Of a DNA stretch of 64,000 nucleotides, positions 1 through 12,110 are shown in pieces. Source of the stretch: Aplysia californica (Eukaryota); contig NW_004798040.1 in NCBI RefSeq assembly GCF_000002075.1, positions 67,541-131,540 on the forward strand. Reading direction: 5' to 3'. Each line of letters begins with the position of its first letter. Position 1 is the first letter of the stretch. The translations under genes and the position numbers were made by a program. Below the pieces are notes generated by a model, which was given only the letters and a program-made list of their open reading frames with translations, was not told the DNA's origin and ran no database searches.

Positions 1-166
1 ACAGACTATATGTGTACACTTGAATGGCTCTCTATGCAGTATTGATTTATCGACTGAATTGTATTGAACGCGCTCGTGAACATGGTAAGAAAGAAGATTA
101 TACCATGCGGTTCACGAAAGCTAATTTTGTAGCTAGGCATGGGACTTGGGGAAACAGGAAATTGTC

Positions 167-173
<7 letters not shown>

Positions 174-231
<58 letters not shown>
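174..231 (+). repeat. (GA)n microsatellite
   Basis: Directly visible. Confidence 0.95.
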
Positions 232-236
<5 letters not shown>

Positions 237-629
237 ATTCATCATTGTAATAAGTTATAATATAAATGTATTGATAATAAATACTGCGAAAATCAAGAAA
301 GACGAAGTGGAAACAGAAGAAGGGAAGTAACTCAAAGTTCATCATAATAGTCTTTGCCTCAATAGTGGAATGAAATTGTTGGACTGTCTCATCATCTCAT
401 TGATAGTTGTGTATATAATATTTCATTTTACACTTAGTTGGCCTGTCAGGCCCCGAGTGGAACTCAGTAGAGGACTAGTAAGGAGACTTGTGTAGTACAA
501 ACACTCAGAAAGACCTGAAATAATCTTATAATGCTTCAACACGGTGAGTGGATTGCTGTTGTCTGTTGTCAGCTGGGAAGGTGATGAATTATCACGAACA
601 TCAATCATTTAAGATTCATTACGCATGAT

Positions 630-892
630 TCTAGTCTAGATATATAGATCTAGATCTAGATCTAGATTTTAGATCTCTAGATTCTAGATCCAACACAGAA
701 CGAAACCGGAACTAGATGTAGATCTAGATCTACTTAAATGTTGAGCCTCGCTGTGCAATGCGCCTATACTCTACACTAACTAGATATCTATACTAGATAT
801 CTAGTCTATTAATGTTCCTGCTGGTCCACTTTTCTTTTCTCTGTTCTCATAATTTATTATTGTTTTGGATTTAGATCTAGATCTAGCCTAGA
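630..892. repeat. (TCTAGA)n / TAGATCTA palindromic low-complexity cluster
   Basis: Runs such as tagatctagatctagatctagat; similar clusters at 26455-26550, 26968-27120 and 29459-29480. Confidence 0.85.
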
Positions 893-1959
893 CATATGTG
901 TGTAAGTTTTTAAAAATTGTTATTGTTGCCAGGGGGGTCGGCCTAAAGTCCCCCACTGTTGTTATCAGTGCACATTAATAATTTGTTTTCATTTGTGCAT
1001 GCAGAGAATTTTGAGACAATTGTGAAGAAACGGGATACACTGTCACGCTATCTGCAAGATACTTCCAGTGTTTCCACACCAAACTGAATTACATCAGAGA
1101 TTATTAACTGCTTATCTGTTGTTACTGTGTTACTCTGAAAATGTTCGATTGCATACATAATTATAAAAGAAACTCTTGATGCTATTTTTTCAGACTTGAC
1201 AGTATTCAATGAGTAATTCTGGTTCTTAAAGTCAAGTAATGTGGTAGTCAAGAAACTTTTGCAAGACCTATACATTTCCATTTCGAAATATAAATGAAAT
1301 GAAAATATTTTGTCAATTTAGACGCAATTTTCTTTTTCTCTGAGAGTATTTCTAATTTTCTTTTGTTGTTGCAATTTTTTAGTAGCTTGCATAGTCTTTT
1401 TGTAGTTAACTATTCACCGCAAACTGTCTGTCTCTAATGATTGTTGGGCTAAAGATAGCTCAAGCTCAAGTGGATTAAACAGTTTAGAAGCATCTAAGTC
1501 TTAACTCACTGCCTTCATGATGTCTAAAATTTCTTCCTAAAACTAAAACTGTAATAATCTGATACAATGAAAATCACATGCAAACTTGATTTCGTTGTAA
1601 TGGCACCGTTTTGATCTTGCCATGTGGAAAAAAGGGGGAAAGGTTCGACCAAAAAATCAATGGTACCAAGTGTTGGGAGTCCCCACAATTTTATAGTTTT
1701 CTCGTGATTATTACAAATGCATTGCTGTTCAAGTAGGCTAAAAACTTTTATTCATGATGGTTATAATATGAGTTCTTTCTTAATTTCTACAGTTTTGCAC
1801 AAACACCTTTCCCTGAGAAGACATGTTTGTACAGAGGGTCACATGGCTGTCTTCAACTTTCACGAGACGGGACATCTAGAATGGTCAGCTGTGAGCTCTG
1901 AGTGAGCTTGGGGAGAGACAGACAGACAGACAGAGAAAGAGAGAGAGAGAGAGTCAGTC

Positions 1960-4794
1960 ATGAGCCAGATAATGGAAAGGACCCTGGCCTCTCTCCCCAA
2001 ACTGCTCTCTCAAGGGTTGTCGGGGGGAAAATCGTCCAAGTCCTCCGGTCCGTCCCCACTCTCCCTGGACGTCCAGAACTTTATGAAACATGTGCACAGA
2101 GCCAGGTCAAAGACACAGGAAAGTAACATCATTGCTTCTGAAATGGCGACTGTTCAACAAAAACTCAAGCAATCGGAATATTCGGCGTCACCAGCATTCA
2201 TGCGGTCTGTATTCTCCAAAGCGATATTTTGCCATTTACTTGGCTATGATGTTAGCTTCGTGACCATCTCTGCCATCAACTTGGCACAACAAGGTCAAGG
2301 TTATGACAAACAGCTGGGTTATCTGGTCTCCAGTCTGCTGTTGAATCCGAGCCACCACATGGCAATGCTGATGATGGCCACCCTTCTCCGAGACTTGAAG
2401 AGCTCCAACATGGCCGACAATATGGTCGCACTGGTCATGGCGGCTCATTTAGTGGACGTAGAAAACGTCCCCACTCTGTTACCCGCGGTCACGAAGAAAC
2501 TGAGTCACCCCCATGACCTTGTGCGAGAGAAGGCCGTCCACTGCCTGCGGGCATTCTACCAGCGGTCGCCCGATGTCGTACAGTCCTCCCTCGGTCAGCT
2601 CAACAGTCTGTTGTCCTCGAGGGACCCGGGCGTCCTCAGCGCCGTAGTCAACACTTACCTACTGATGTGTGAGAAAAACCCGTCCAAGTTGGTGGGTCTG
2701 GGCCGCAGCTTCCTGCACATCCTGCACCAGGTGAACAGCCGTGGGTTCGGCGCCAGCTACTACCACCACATGGTGCCTCTGCCGTGGCTGCAGGTCAGCC
2801 TGCTCAAAGTCCTCAGCCTTCTGGGTAGCTGCGACGCTCAGGTCAGCACGGCAGTCATCCCTCACCTTGAGGGGTTGATGGAGAAGACAAAGGTGTCAGA
2901 ACCCGCGTCTCTCGCCGTTCTGGTGGAGAGTGTGGTGACCGCTACACGTCTGACGGGGGCCGACAGTTTGATGCCTCTGTGTTCCCGCTGTGTGGGGAAG
3001 TTACTGGAACCACAAGCCGGGCCCGACATGAGATACCAAGGCCTGGGTCTGCTGGCCGCTCTTGTACGTGTCAAACCGTCCCTGGCTACTCAGCACCAGG
3101 CGGCCGTTGTGGCAAGTCTACAGGACCCTGATCCCGCTGTGCAGCAGAGGACAGCACAGATTTTACATGCCATGGCCAACAGGGCCAATGTCAAGGCTAT
3201 TTGTTCCAAACTGTTCCAGCAAATCGACGAGACGGAGGACAAAGTGTTTATCAGCGACATGTTCAAGATGATCGCGGACCTTACGGAGAGGTTCTCGGCA
3301 GACATGGACTGGTACGTGAGGACGGTCTTCTACCTCCTGCAACACCCGGACAACGTGTACCTGGGCGAAGATTTGATCCAGGCCGTGGTGTCGCGAGTTG
3401 AGCAGTTCTGTCTGGGCTCGCACTCACTGGACGGGCAAGGAACTCAGGCCTTTCTCTCCGTTCTGTTCGACGTACTGGACAACAGCGAGTCTAGCCAGAA
3501 GGTCGTCGTTCTAGCCCTGCATTTGTTGGGAATTTTTGCGCCGAGGTGCGGGGGAGAATTTCCCAGCGAAAGACTTTTGGACGCAGTAGACAGGATTTTG
3601 TTTCCTGATCCTGGACTGTGTGCACAACCCCTGGTCATCATCCCCAGTCCTGTGCCACAAGATGAGGCGGCTGAGAGCGTGGTGGACTCGGAGCTAGAGG
3701 CCGTATGCTGTGCGTGTGTTGAGGGTTTGTGTCGTCTGGTTCTCATGGGCTGTGTGTCTAGCGATGTCGTCAAGTCGTGGCTACATCGTCATGACGACCG
3801 GGAGCCTCGCGGTGGGAATGCCTCGCGGTGTCGTCTGCTGGAACTGTGTGAGCTGATCGCATTACCACTGGGACACCTACCAGCCACTCCTGAGCTGGGC
3901 TCACACTGGGACGTGGACAGCATGGACTTCTCCCTCAGCTTCCTGGACGGCCTTGTGGTCCAGGATATTCTTGCCGGAGCGTCCGTGTTCAAACCTCGTG
4001 TGGACCCGAGCCCCAACTCGCTGCTCGCTGGTGATGTCATCGTCGCGGGGAATGAGATGGAAAGCAGCGTGAGTGTGGCTAGCGAGCAGGCCGTCTACAC
4101 CAGCACCGAGTCCGCCCTACTAGACAGCTGGCACGAGTCCACTGCTTATCCCCCGGTGAGGGGAAAGTGGCGGGAAGATGCCGATGATGATGATGATGAC
4201 TTTGAGGACCATGAGGAAGTAGAAGCTGACATGGAGGATGCGAGCAACAAAGGGGCCCAGAGGACAAAGTCAGATTTAACCCTTGACCTTTTCGCTGGTC
4301 TTTCATTGGACCCGGTCTCAGTAACCAAGAGGACCCATTCTGATGGATGGGCAAATTCGAGACGAGGAAAAAATATTTGGGATGATGATGAGGATGAGGA
4401 AAGTGACAGCGTGAAGATGAGAGTCGCAGGATTCGACCTGCACCCATTTGGTATTCCCAGTAAAAAGAGTAAACTTTTATCTTGTGATGACACCTCCATG
4501 ATCTCTTCTGACGAATTTGACATGATGTCACCACAAACTATTTCCACCAACCAAATGGGGTCACAAAAGTTCCCACCAGTGTCCAATAAATGGTCAGAAT
4601 CTTCACTGTATTCAAACACCCTCAAAAACGTTTCTCTATCGGGCCTCAACAACAACCTTTACGATATGGAGGAAGGGAGCCATCATATAGCAGCTCACGG
4701 TGACGAGAGCATCTACGCCGACAGTGTGGCGGCCACCATCAACTCTGCCTCCACTGTCGATGATCTGACTGACAGCGAACCCGAGGCCTCCTAG
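1960..4794 (+). CDS. AP-4 complex subunit epsilon-like (adaptin N-terminal trunk plus hinge, no ear domain), single coding exon, 944 aa
   Basis: Motifs recalled from human AP4E1 recur in order: MSQIMERTLASLPKL (cf. MSDIVEKTLTALPGL), LLGYDVSF..AINLAQQG, RDLKSSN, SRDPGV, YHHMVPLPWLQVSLLKVLSLLG, LQDPDP, MDFSLSFLDGLV..GASVFKP (cf. VDASLSFLDGFV..GAAPYKP) and hinge DLFAGL. Left unnamed because it may be a paralog. Confidence 0.9.
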   Translation: MSQIMERTLASLPKLLSQGLSGGKSSKSSGPSPLSLDVQNFMKHVHRARSKTQESNIIASEMATVQQKLKQSEYSASPAFMRSVFSKAIFCHLLGYDVSFVTISAINLAQQGQGYDKQLGYLVSSLLLNPSHHMAMLMMATLLRDLKSSNMADNMVALVMAAHLVDVENVPTLLPAVTKKLSHPHDLVREKAVHCLRAFYQRSPDVVQSSLGQLNSLLSSRDPGVLSAVVNTYLLMCEKNPSKLVGLGRSFLHILHQVNSRGFGASYYHHMVPLPWLQVSLLKVLSLLGSCDAQVSTAVIPHLEGLMEKTKVSEPASLAVLVESVVTATRLTGADSLMPLCSRCVGKLLEPQAGPDMRYQGLGLLAALVRVKPSLATQHQAAVVASLQDPDPAVQQRTAQILHAMANRANVKAICSKLFQQIDETEDKVFISDMFKMIADLTERFSADMDWYVRTVFYLLQHPDNVYLGEDLIQAVVSRVEQFCLGSHSLDGQGTQAFLSVLFDVLDNSESSQKVVVLALHLLGIFAPRCGGEFPSERLLDAVDRILFPDPGLCAQPLVIIPSPVPQDEAAESVVDSELEAVCCACVEGLCRLVLMGCVSSDVVKSWLHRHDDREPRGGNASRCRLLELCELIALPLGHLPATPELGSHWDVDSMDFSLSFLDGLVVQDILAGASVFKPRVDPSPNSLLAGDVIVAGNEMESSVSVASEQAVYTSTESALLDSWHESTAYPPVRGKWREDADDDDDDFEDHEEVEADMEDASNKGAQRTKSDLTLDLFAGLSLDPVSVTKRTHSDGWANSRRGKNIWDDDEDEESDSVKMRVAGFDLHPFGIPSKKSKLLSCDDTSMISSDEFDMMSPQTISTNQMGSQKFPPVSNKWSESSLYSNTLKNVSLSGLNNNLYDMEEGSHHIAAHGDESIYADSVAATINSASTVDDLTDSEPEAS

Positions 4795-6320
4795 GTGGGG
4801 ACATGGTCAACTTTGACCCTCCCACTCGGAACTGACTTGACCTAGTTATATTTTTAGATACTACAACTATAACCATTCTTACTTTACTTTACTTTACTTT
4901 TTCATCCTCTGTTGCTGTTAAGCGTCGAGGGGAGATGCAGTTTTCTATGGTAGGCCAGCTCCACAGCTCTTTCAGTTGTAACCATTCTTACTAGCATAGA
5001 GTAAAACCAAGCTGTACTGTGAATCAACGTGAAAACAACCAACTTGTGTCCTACGCACTCATCTGACAATATACAGTTGCTTGTGTTGTAAAACTTATGA
5101 GACTGAAACTGACCTAGTTAATATAATGTAATGTAAGTATGCAGAGCCAAGGTTTTTGGGGTCGGGGATTGGCAATGGGGTTGATGGCTCTGCGTTACTA
5201 CTCTGGAACAGGCTGGCTGTGACTGTTGATGAGCACAAAGACACGAGTGTCGTTCCTTGCTTTTACTGCTGTTTGAAAGAGGGTGAAAGTAGAATGAGAC
5301 ATTGGTGAAAATTTTTAGATGTGGTGGTTTTGATTGAAGGCAGTAGAATTAGAATGAGGTGTTGGTTTATTTGCTTTGTGATAAATGGTCAAAATCACAT
5401 TGAAAATGCTGCAACGGTTGTTTCTTCTGCTGTTGTTTTTCTCGACTTTTTGCTAATGTGCAGGCTCATGAACTTAATATCCTCGCCTCTAAAGAATCTA
5501 AATTGCGCTAATGGCCAATATGAGCATAAAACATGTGCAATGTTACCTTAGTCCTGACTGGCAACAGGAACTGAGAAGCAATGGCTTCCTTTCATGACTT
5601 TGGTGTCCGTGTCTGGTCCCACATTTTGTTCTCTTTCTGTTCAGCTCTTTACTCCATGAATAGCTGGACTTTGAACCTTGCTGAACAAATGTACATTTTT
5701 GTATTTCATAGATATTTATAATATAACCCGGGATTTGCAATTTTGTTAGAGTGCTAGATACATATATTCAATTCAATGTTTGGAAGTTAATGTGATATTT
5801 CAGCTTGAAGTTCATGTAATGTGGTCCCTATGTATAGTGTATTACTGTGCGCAAATAATCAACGTTTTTCAGAGTGCGATGTCTGTACGCTCTATTGCCT
5901 TGTCATTCATCGTTGTCACAGAGAAGATAAATGGCAGATCGAGCCTCCAGCCAAAACAAAGCTGTGGCCTTTGGGAAAAAATTAGCTGTACCGGTATTGT
6001 TGGAACATTGAAGAACCAGTGCAACTTATATATATATGAATGCTTTCATTTCTGTGCATTGTAGGCAAGTGTAAATGTAGGGGGTTAACAACACCCCTAT
6101 TAACATTGGTTATTTGAGAGGCGGAACCTATGAATTTTACCTCCGTCTCTACTAGGACCAAGAGAAATGGGACTAGCTAGAGCTTTGAAAACTCCACAGA
6201 ACAGCCCAAGTTCAAGTAGGTGTTGCAAGCCCCTGCCTGCGGGAGCCAGAAAACTGCCTTATTGACGGCAAGGTCTTCAATCAAAAAGCCCTGCTTTTCT
6301 TGTCCTAGTTCAAGAAGCCC

Positions 6321-6392
6321 TGACTGGGATTCAAACCAGGGCCATATATACTCTGTAGTCCAGCATGATAGACAACCAACTGAGCCCCCACG
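6321..6392 (-). mobile_element. Degenerate tRNA-derived SINE head
   Basis: Minus strand has A-box-like GGCTCAGTTGG and B-box-like GGTTTGAATCC at tRNA-like spacing; no intact cloverleaf. Confidence 0.4.
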
Positions 6393-6572
6393 TATTTTGC
6401 CAATGGTCTGAAGTGCTGGCAAAATGCTGTAGGATGTCCCGGTGTCCCAGTTTTTCTCTCTCAAATATAAAGAGACAAGTCCATGCCCACCCTGCCTTCG
6501 TGGAAGGTTATAGTTAGAGAGAGAGGGCGCCACTAGCAGTAGTAGCTCTTACTTCTGGTCTATCCTATGGCT

Positions 6573-6639
6573 ACTTGAGAGAGGCATTGCGCTGCCAAGA
6601 GCGAAATGCTCGCAGCTAAAGGGATTTGAAAACAACAAC
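6573..6639 (+). mobile_element. 5'-truncated LINE 3' end with (AAC)n tail
   Basis: 11-bp TSD ATCCTATGGCT (6562-6572 and 6640-6650); near-identical to the 3' end of the minus-strand copy at 16255-16420. Confidence 0.8.
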
Positions 6640-7153
6640 ATCCTATGGCTTTGATTGTATTGATTTGCTTCTATACATAATTTAACTCAAAACTGAAACG
6701 GATAAAACTCCTGCACTTTGTTGAGGCTAACATCTGTTCCTGACGTGAGAAGTCTGGATCATAGGGAAAGGCCTACGACCACAAGCACAGGCCCAGTTCT
6801 TGCATTCAGTCATGTGTGTTTTATGGAAATTCTAACAATTCTGCCTGTGTTATGGTGTTATGATGGATTTTAATGTTTTACTTAATGAAAGGTATGGTAA
6901 GCTGAGCTTTAAGTATGCCGTTGTGAATTTTCATTTATATTTAAAATGTTAAAGCATTATTTCTAATTTGCCATTCAGAAGTTGAAATGTTTTCTCTTGT
7001 GTAATTTGTGATAAATGTGTGACGTTTTTGGTGTAGCCTCTGAATCTGAATGTGAAGTGAAAAAATTCCCTCAAATAGATCTAGCTGTTTGTTTGTTTGT
7101 TTTCTATAGGTACTTAACAAAAGTACAGTATTGGGTTTTCCTGCCATGTCCAC

Positions 7154-7305
7154 GGGTGGCTGGAGGGTGCCACTGGAAGGTCCTCCTCCTAGTCCTAGTT
7201 TTGTTCTTTCCCTCTGTTGTTTCCGTCTGCCTGTCTGTCCCACTTTTTCCTTGTGCAACAGACCGTTATTGTTGATGTGCTTCTCTCTACACAAACAAAC
7301 AAACA
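7154..7305 (+). mobile_element. Family B short retroposon (SINE-like, about 135-150 bp)
   Basis: Head GGGTGGYTGGAGGGYGCCACTGG, pyrimidine-rich body, tail GACCGTTATTGT..GATGTGCTTCTCT..CAAAC; many dispersed copies. Confidence 0.75.
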
Positions 7306-7810
7306 GACTGACGGACTGAAACCAAAATTAGATTTATAAGAAACTTCCCACTGTTGGTAACTGTTACTGACACTGACAGCCATTTTTGCACAAAATGTGT
7401 CCTCCTGTTCACTGCTAAGTGTTCAGGGGAAAAAATGAATTGCAAAAAAAAAAACCTTAAAAAACAAACACACATCATATTTATATTTTTATGGTTGATT
7501 TTATTGTTTATGAGCATAAAACATGACAAAGAAAACAGAAACATGATGGAGTAATGGAAATGGAAACAGTATTTTATTTGAAGAAAAAAAAAATATTTAG
7601 GCCTATATTTTTAAATATATATGGCTGCTACCCTCACCTTCAGAGACAGAACCATTACCGATAAAAGGAGCTTGAAAAAGAGAAAAGAAAAGATACAGAA
7701 ACAATCAAAGGTTACAGACAACACTACATGTTTGACCCCCCCACCCCCCCTAAATATCTTTTTCCATATCTGGTAGGCGAAAATCAGGTCTTCTCTCTAT
7801 AATTATAATA

Positions 7811-8182
7811 CAGTGGAACTCGGTTTCAACGAGCTTGGATTCAACGAGAGGAGATGGATTCCCCATTTTTTTTCTTCTTTAAAATCCATAAAAATAACCC
7901 GGATTCAACAAGCACTTAAATGTGTGAGCTCGGATTCAACGGGGCTTTTTGGCCAACAATCGAGATGACACAGGCGTGCATTTGAACGAATCGGTCTTTT
8001 TTTGCGCTGCTCATAATATGCAGGCATTTCAGGTACTACTTGTTACTTCTCTTTATACATTACTTGCTCAGTGCCTGTAATTATCTACACAAAACCTCTT
8101 GTTTGCTATAATATAACGAACACTTGGATTCAACGAGATTTTAGGTCAGACCCGGCGACCTCGTTGAATCCGAGTTCCACTG
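7811..8182. mobile_element. pogo/Tigger-like (Tc1-mariner) MITE
   Basis: TIRs CAGTGGAACTCGGTTTCAACGAG / CTCGTTGAATCCGAGTTCCACTG, TA on both sides, internal GGATTCAAC repeats. Confidence 0.9.
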
Positions 8183-8528
8183 TACTCCCAAAGTCATGAT
8201 GAGTCCTCTCAACTGGGTAAACATCCCTCACTCTGGTACCGTCACTGCCACACTGTCGTGTTACATTTAGTGAGCTACATACATGAACTACAACCAAGTG
8301 CTGTGACATTACCTACGTCATACCATTATAACATCACAATTGTTTAAGTCATTTTGTGGCCAACTTTTAATTTTATTATATATATACGGTAATGAAAAAA
8401 TACCTGTTTCTTGTTGAGTATTCTCAGTATAGCGTGGTTATGTTTTATGTGCTAAAAACTGAAATATTGAGACAGTTGTCACATTTGCTCAACTCGTTTC
8501 ATAAGGTTTACTTTCGTAAACTTTTAGA

Positions 8529-8681
8529 TGGGTGGTTGGAGGATGCCACTGGACTGATAGGGCCTACTTCTTTTTTTTCCCTTTTTTTCTATATATATAT
8601 ATATATATATATACTTTGCTTCTTCCTGCACTAAATGACTGTTATTGTGTCTATGAGCTTCTCTTTACTCAAACTTTAAAC
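8529..8681 (+). mobile_element. Family B short retroposon with internal (TA)n
   Basis: Same head and tail as the 7154 and 44559 copies. Confidence 0.7.
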
Positions 8682-9115
8682 ACTGCTTTTTTAAAAAATG
8701 TTTTCGCAAAACAACAAGGAATGACTTAAGCAATTGTGTTATGACCGAGACAGTGTATTGTGCCATGGATGACTGCTGTGGCAATGTACTTTTTTTTCTC
8801 ACATTACTTACTGCCTCTTACTCTTATTGTCGGCCAGGTGTCAGATGGAACTGTCAGTGTCAGTGTTACGGCAAGACTGGCTATAGGTTATTCATAGCAG
8901 CATTCACATACATACCCCCCCCCCCTCCCACCAATGTAAATGCTTTCAAGTTGTGTGTATGGTGAGATTAGTAATGTGTATGGTTTCTTAACCCCCCCCC
9001 CCCCCCTAGAGACATAGACCTGTCTACTCCCTTTACGGTACCATACTGTGAGAAGTCTTCATATCTTTACTTTGGAAGTCAACGGTAAAAGTTTATTGTC
9101 GCATGTTAGTTGTTA

Positions 9116-9390
9116 GCCTGCAGGTCAAAAGAAAGACAGTGACAGTGTTTGCCTGCAGGTCAAAAGAAAGACAGTGACAGTGTTTGCCTGCAGGTCAAAA
9201 GAAAGACAGTGACAGTGTTTGCCTGCAGGTCAAAAGAAAGACAGTGACAGTGTTTGCCTGCAGGTCAAAAGAAAGACAGTGACAGTGTTTGCCTGCAGGT
9301 CAAAAGAAAGACAGTGACAGTGTTTGCCTGCAGGTCAAAAGAAAGACAGTGACAGTGTTAACCTGCAGGTCAAAAGAAAAACAGTGACAG
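9116..9390 (+). repeat. 35-bp minisatellite, about 8 near-perfect copies
   Basis: Unit CCTGCAGGTCAAAAGAAAGACAGTGACAGTGTTTG. Confidence 0.95.
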
Positions 9391-10191
9391 GATATAACCT
9401 TACTTCTTTTTCCCCTGCCTTTAGATTACGTACACGTAATTATTTTGGTGTGTGAAAAACTGAAATCATATTATTAAACATTTGCTATAAATTCATGAAT
9501 TGTTTTTTCTTTCTTTGTAGTTGTTTACAATTGTAATGTTTTTCATCAACACAATTTAGCAAGCTGGCTTCTCCAACCATGCCCAGCAGATAGATGGAGA
9601 AATTCCATCATATGAACTCATGTTAAACATGCAACAGAAAAGACCCTAACCCTCAATCCTTACATCACAGATGCTGGTTTTTGAAGCTGTATCTGAGGAC
9701 TGTGCTTGACTGAGGACTGTGCTTGACTGAGGACTGTGCTTGACTGAGGAGATCTAAATGTAACATTACAGAAGACAATGTGTATTTCAGTTGTTTAAAG
9801 GTCAACATCTCAATAAGAAAAGAACCATCAATATTAAGCAAATGGACAAAGCAAAGCAACCATGCCAAGATTAAGAAGACTGAAACATAATATGAAATAT
9901 TATCACTATATACAACAAAAACTTTGCTACCAAAAATATGATCTCACAACCTTGGAAGCCATCTTGTCCCTCTTCAGCACAGAACTAGTGTACTACATGT
10001 AGTAGGCTACTAGACATGATGTGATTTAAGCTGTTTATTAAGACATAGACATGATACAACAAAAACCTGATAACACAAACCTCACAGGACCAGAGATTTT
10101 GTTTGTGTCAAATAGAGTTCATGTTTTTGTGCTTGGTACTGAAAAGAAAAGAAAAGAAGGTAAAGGCAACTCCTTACTACTTTCTACTGTT

Positions 10192-10380
10192 GTGGGTGGT
10201 TGGCACGTGCACTGGTATTGCTTGCCCTTTCTTTCCTGTCAAACATCTATCTTCCTTATTTCTCTTCCTTTTCTTTGTATGTCACTCTCTAGAAGCACCT
10301 CAAATCTTTGGCAATTATAATATATCGTAAGACCTATTTGTGTTATAAAGTGCCGTAAAACTCTGACAAAAACTAAACTA
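10192..10380 (+). mobile_element. Family A short retroposon (about 175 bp)
   Basis: Head GTGGGTGGTTGGC, CTTTCCTRTCAAACATCTATC, tail AAGTGCCGTAAAACTCTGACAAAAACTAAACT. Confidence 0.75.
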
Positions 10381-10477
10381 AAGAAACCGTGTCTATCCAG
10401 ACTCACAGGGTGGCTTGTTGCTCTGGGGCAGTGAGAAGATTTGATCCCAGCTTCAATCTCTGAAGTAGGCCTACCTA

Positions 10478-10623
10478 AGTGACTGGAGGACGCCACGGTT
10501 AGGGCCTACTTCTTTTCTTTCCCTCTATTGTTTCTGTCTGTCTTGCTTCTTCCGTGCACTATAAATAAACGATTAAATGGCCGCTATTGTATCGATACGC
10601 TTCCCTCTACTCAACCTCAAACT
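10478..10623 (+). mobile_element. Family B short retroposon
   Basis: Similarity to the 44559 copy. Confidence 0.7.
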
Positions 10624-11792
10624 TACTTTCTGACAGACAGTGAGTCAGCCACAGGGCGCAGAAAGCAGGCTTGTAGTAGTCACATTTCAGGACTCGATCT
10701 GGAACTTTTCACACATGGAAGCAACTTGATCATGTGAGGCAGTAGCAACCTCTTGTCATGACAGACACAGAGAAAACCTGACTAATGGAAATGTCATGTG
10801 GATACCATGTAAATTAGATTCAAAGCGCAACACGTTTTTTTAAAGTTCTCATTAAATGTGTGTGATTTTACGCCCCCATCGACATAAGCGCAACATGCAG
10901 TACCGAAAAAGCCCACGAAAATGTTGCACAATAAGTTAAGGACAAGGGTTCTGGCATACAGGAAATGAGTCATCTCACCCAAACATACCAGTGAAAATGT
11001 GCTGCTCACAAATCAAACTCAGTCGGTCTTTGAACCACAATCAACAACACACTTCATCAAAGGTCCAATATGTTCTTCAAAACCTGGGGNNNNNNNNNNN
11101 NNNNNNNNNNNNNNNNNNNNNNNNNNNNNNNNNNNNNNNNNNNNNNNNNNNNNNNNNNNNNNNNNNNNNNNNNNNNNNNNNNNNNNNNNNNNNNNNNNNN
11201 NNNNNNNNNNNNNNNNNNNNNNNNNNNNNNNNNNNNNNNNNNNNNNNNNNNNNNNNNNNNNNNNNNNNNNNNNNNNNNNNNNNNNNNNNNNNNNNNNNNN
11301 NNNNNNNNNNNNNNNNNNNNNNNNNNNNNNNNNNNNNNNNNNNNNNNNNNNNNNNNNNNNNNNNNNNNNNNNNNNNNNNNNNNNNNNNNNNNNNNNNNNN
11401 NNNNNNNNNNNNNNNNNNNNNNNNNNNNNNNNNNNNNNNNNNNNNNNNNNNNNNNNNNNNNNNNNNNNNNNNNNNNNNNNNNNNNNNNNNNNNNNNNNNN
11501 NNNNNNNNNNNNNNNNNNNNNNNNNNNNNNNNNNNNNNNNNNNNNNNNNNNNNNNNNNNNNNNNNNNNNNNNNNNNNNNNNNNNNNNNNNNNNNNNNNNN
11601 NNNNNNNNNNNNNNNNNNNNNNNNNNNNNNNNNNNNNNNNNNNNNNNNNNNNNNNNNNNNNNNNNNNNNNNNNNNNNNNNNNNNNNNNNNNNNNNNNNNN
11701 NNNNNNNNNNNNNNNNNNNNNNNNNNNNNNNNNNNNNNNNNNNNNNNNNNNNNNNNNNNNNNNNNNNNNNNNNNNNNNNNNNNNNNNNNNNN

Positions 11793-12110
11793 ATAGAGCT
11801 GTTGTGCTGTTGAACAATGAACAAACAAGCATCCCTCACACATGCCCTCACACACACCCTCACACAGAACATAGAGCTGTTGTGCTGTTGAACAATGAAC
11901 AAACAAGCATCCCTCACACATGCCCTCACACACACCCTCACACAGAACATAGAGCTGTTGTGCTGTTGAACAATGAACAAACAAGCATCCCTCACTCATG
12001 CCCTCACTCATGCCCTCACACACGCGGTGCTGTGGAACAACGAGTGAAAACACATGCCCCTTACAATAAGGCCCTCACACATGCCCTCACACATGCCCTC
12101 ACATACATTC
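11793..12110 (+). repeat. 78-bp tandem repeat abutting an assembly gap
   Basis: ATAGAGCTGTTGTGCTGTTGAACAATGAACAAACAAGCATCCCTCAC.. three times, then degenerate. Confidence 0.9.

Noticed and set aside
2236-4655. Antisense or overlapping ORFs within the AP4E-like, LRR and BicD coding exons
   Set aside because: Expected shadow ORFs of GC-rich coding sequence with no recognisable domains.
9116-9390. CRISPR array (35-bp repeats)
   Set aside because: Repeats are contiguous with no unique spacers, there are no cas genes, and the context is eukaryotic.
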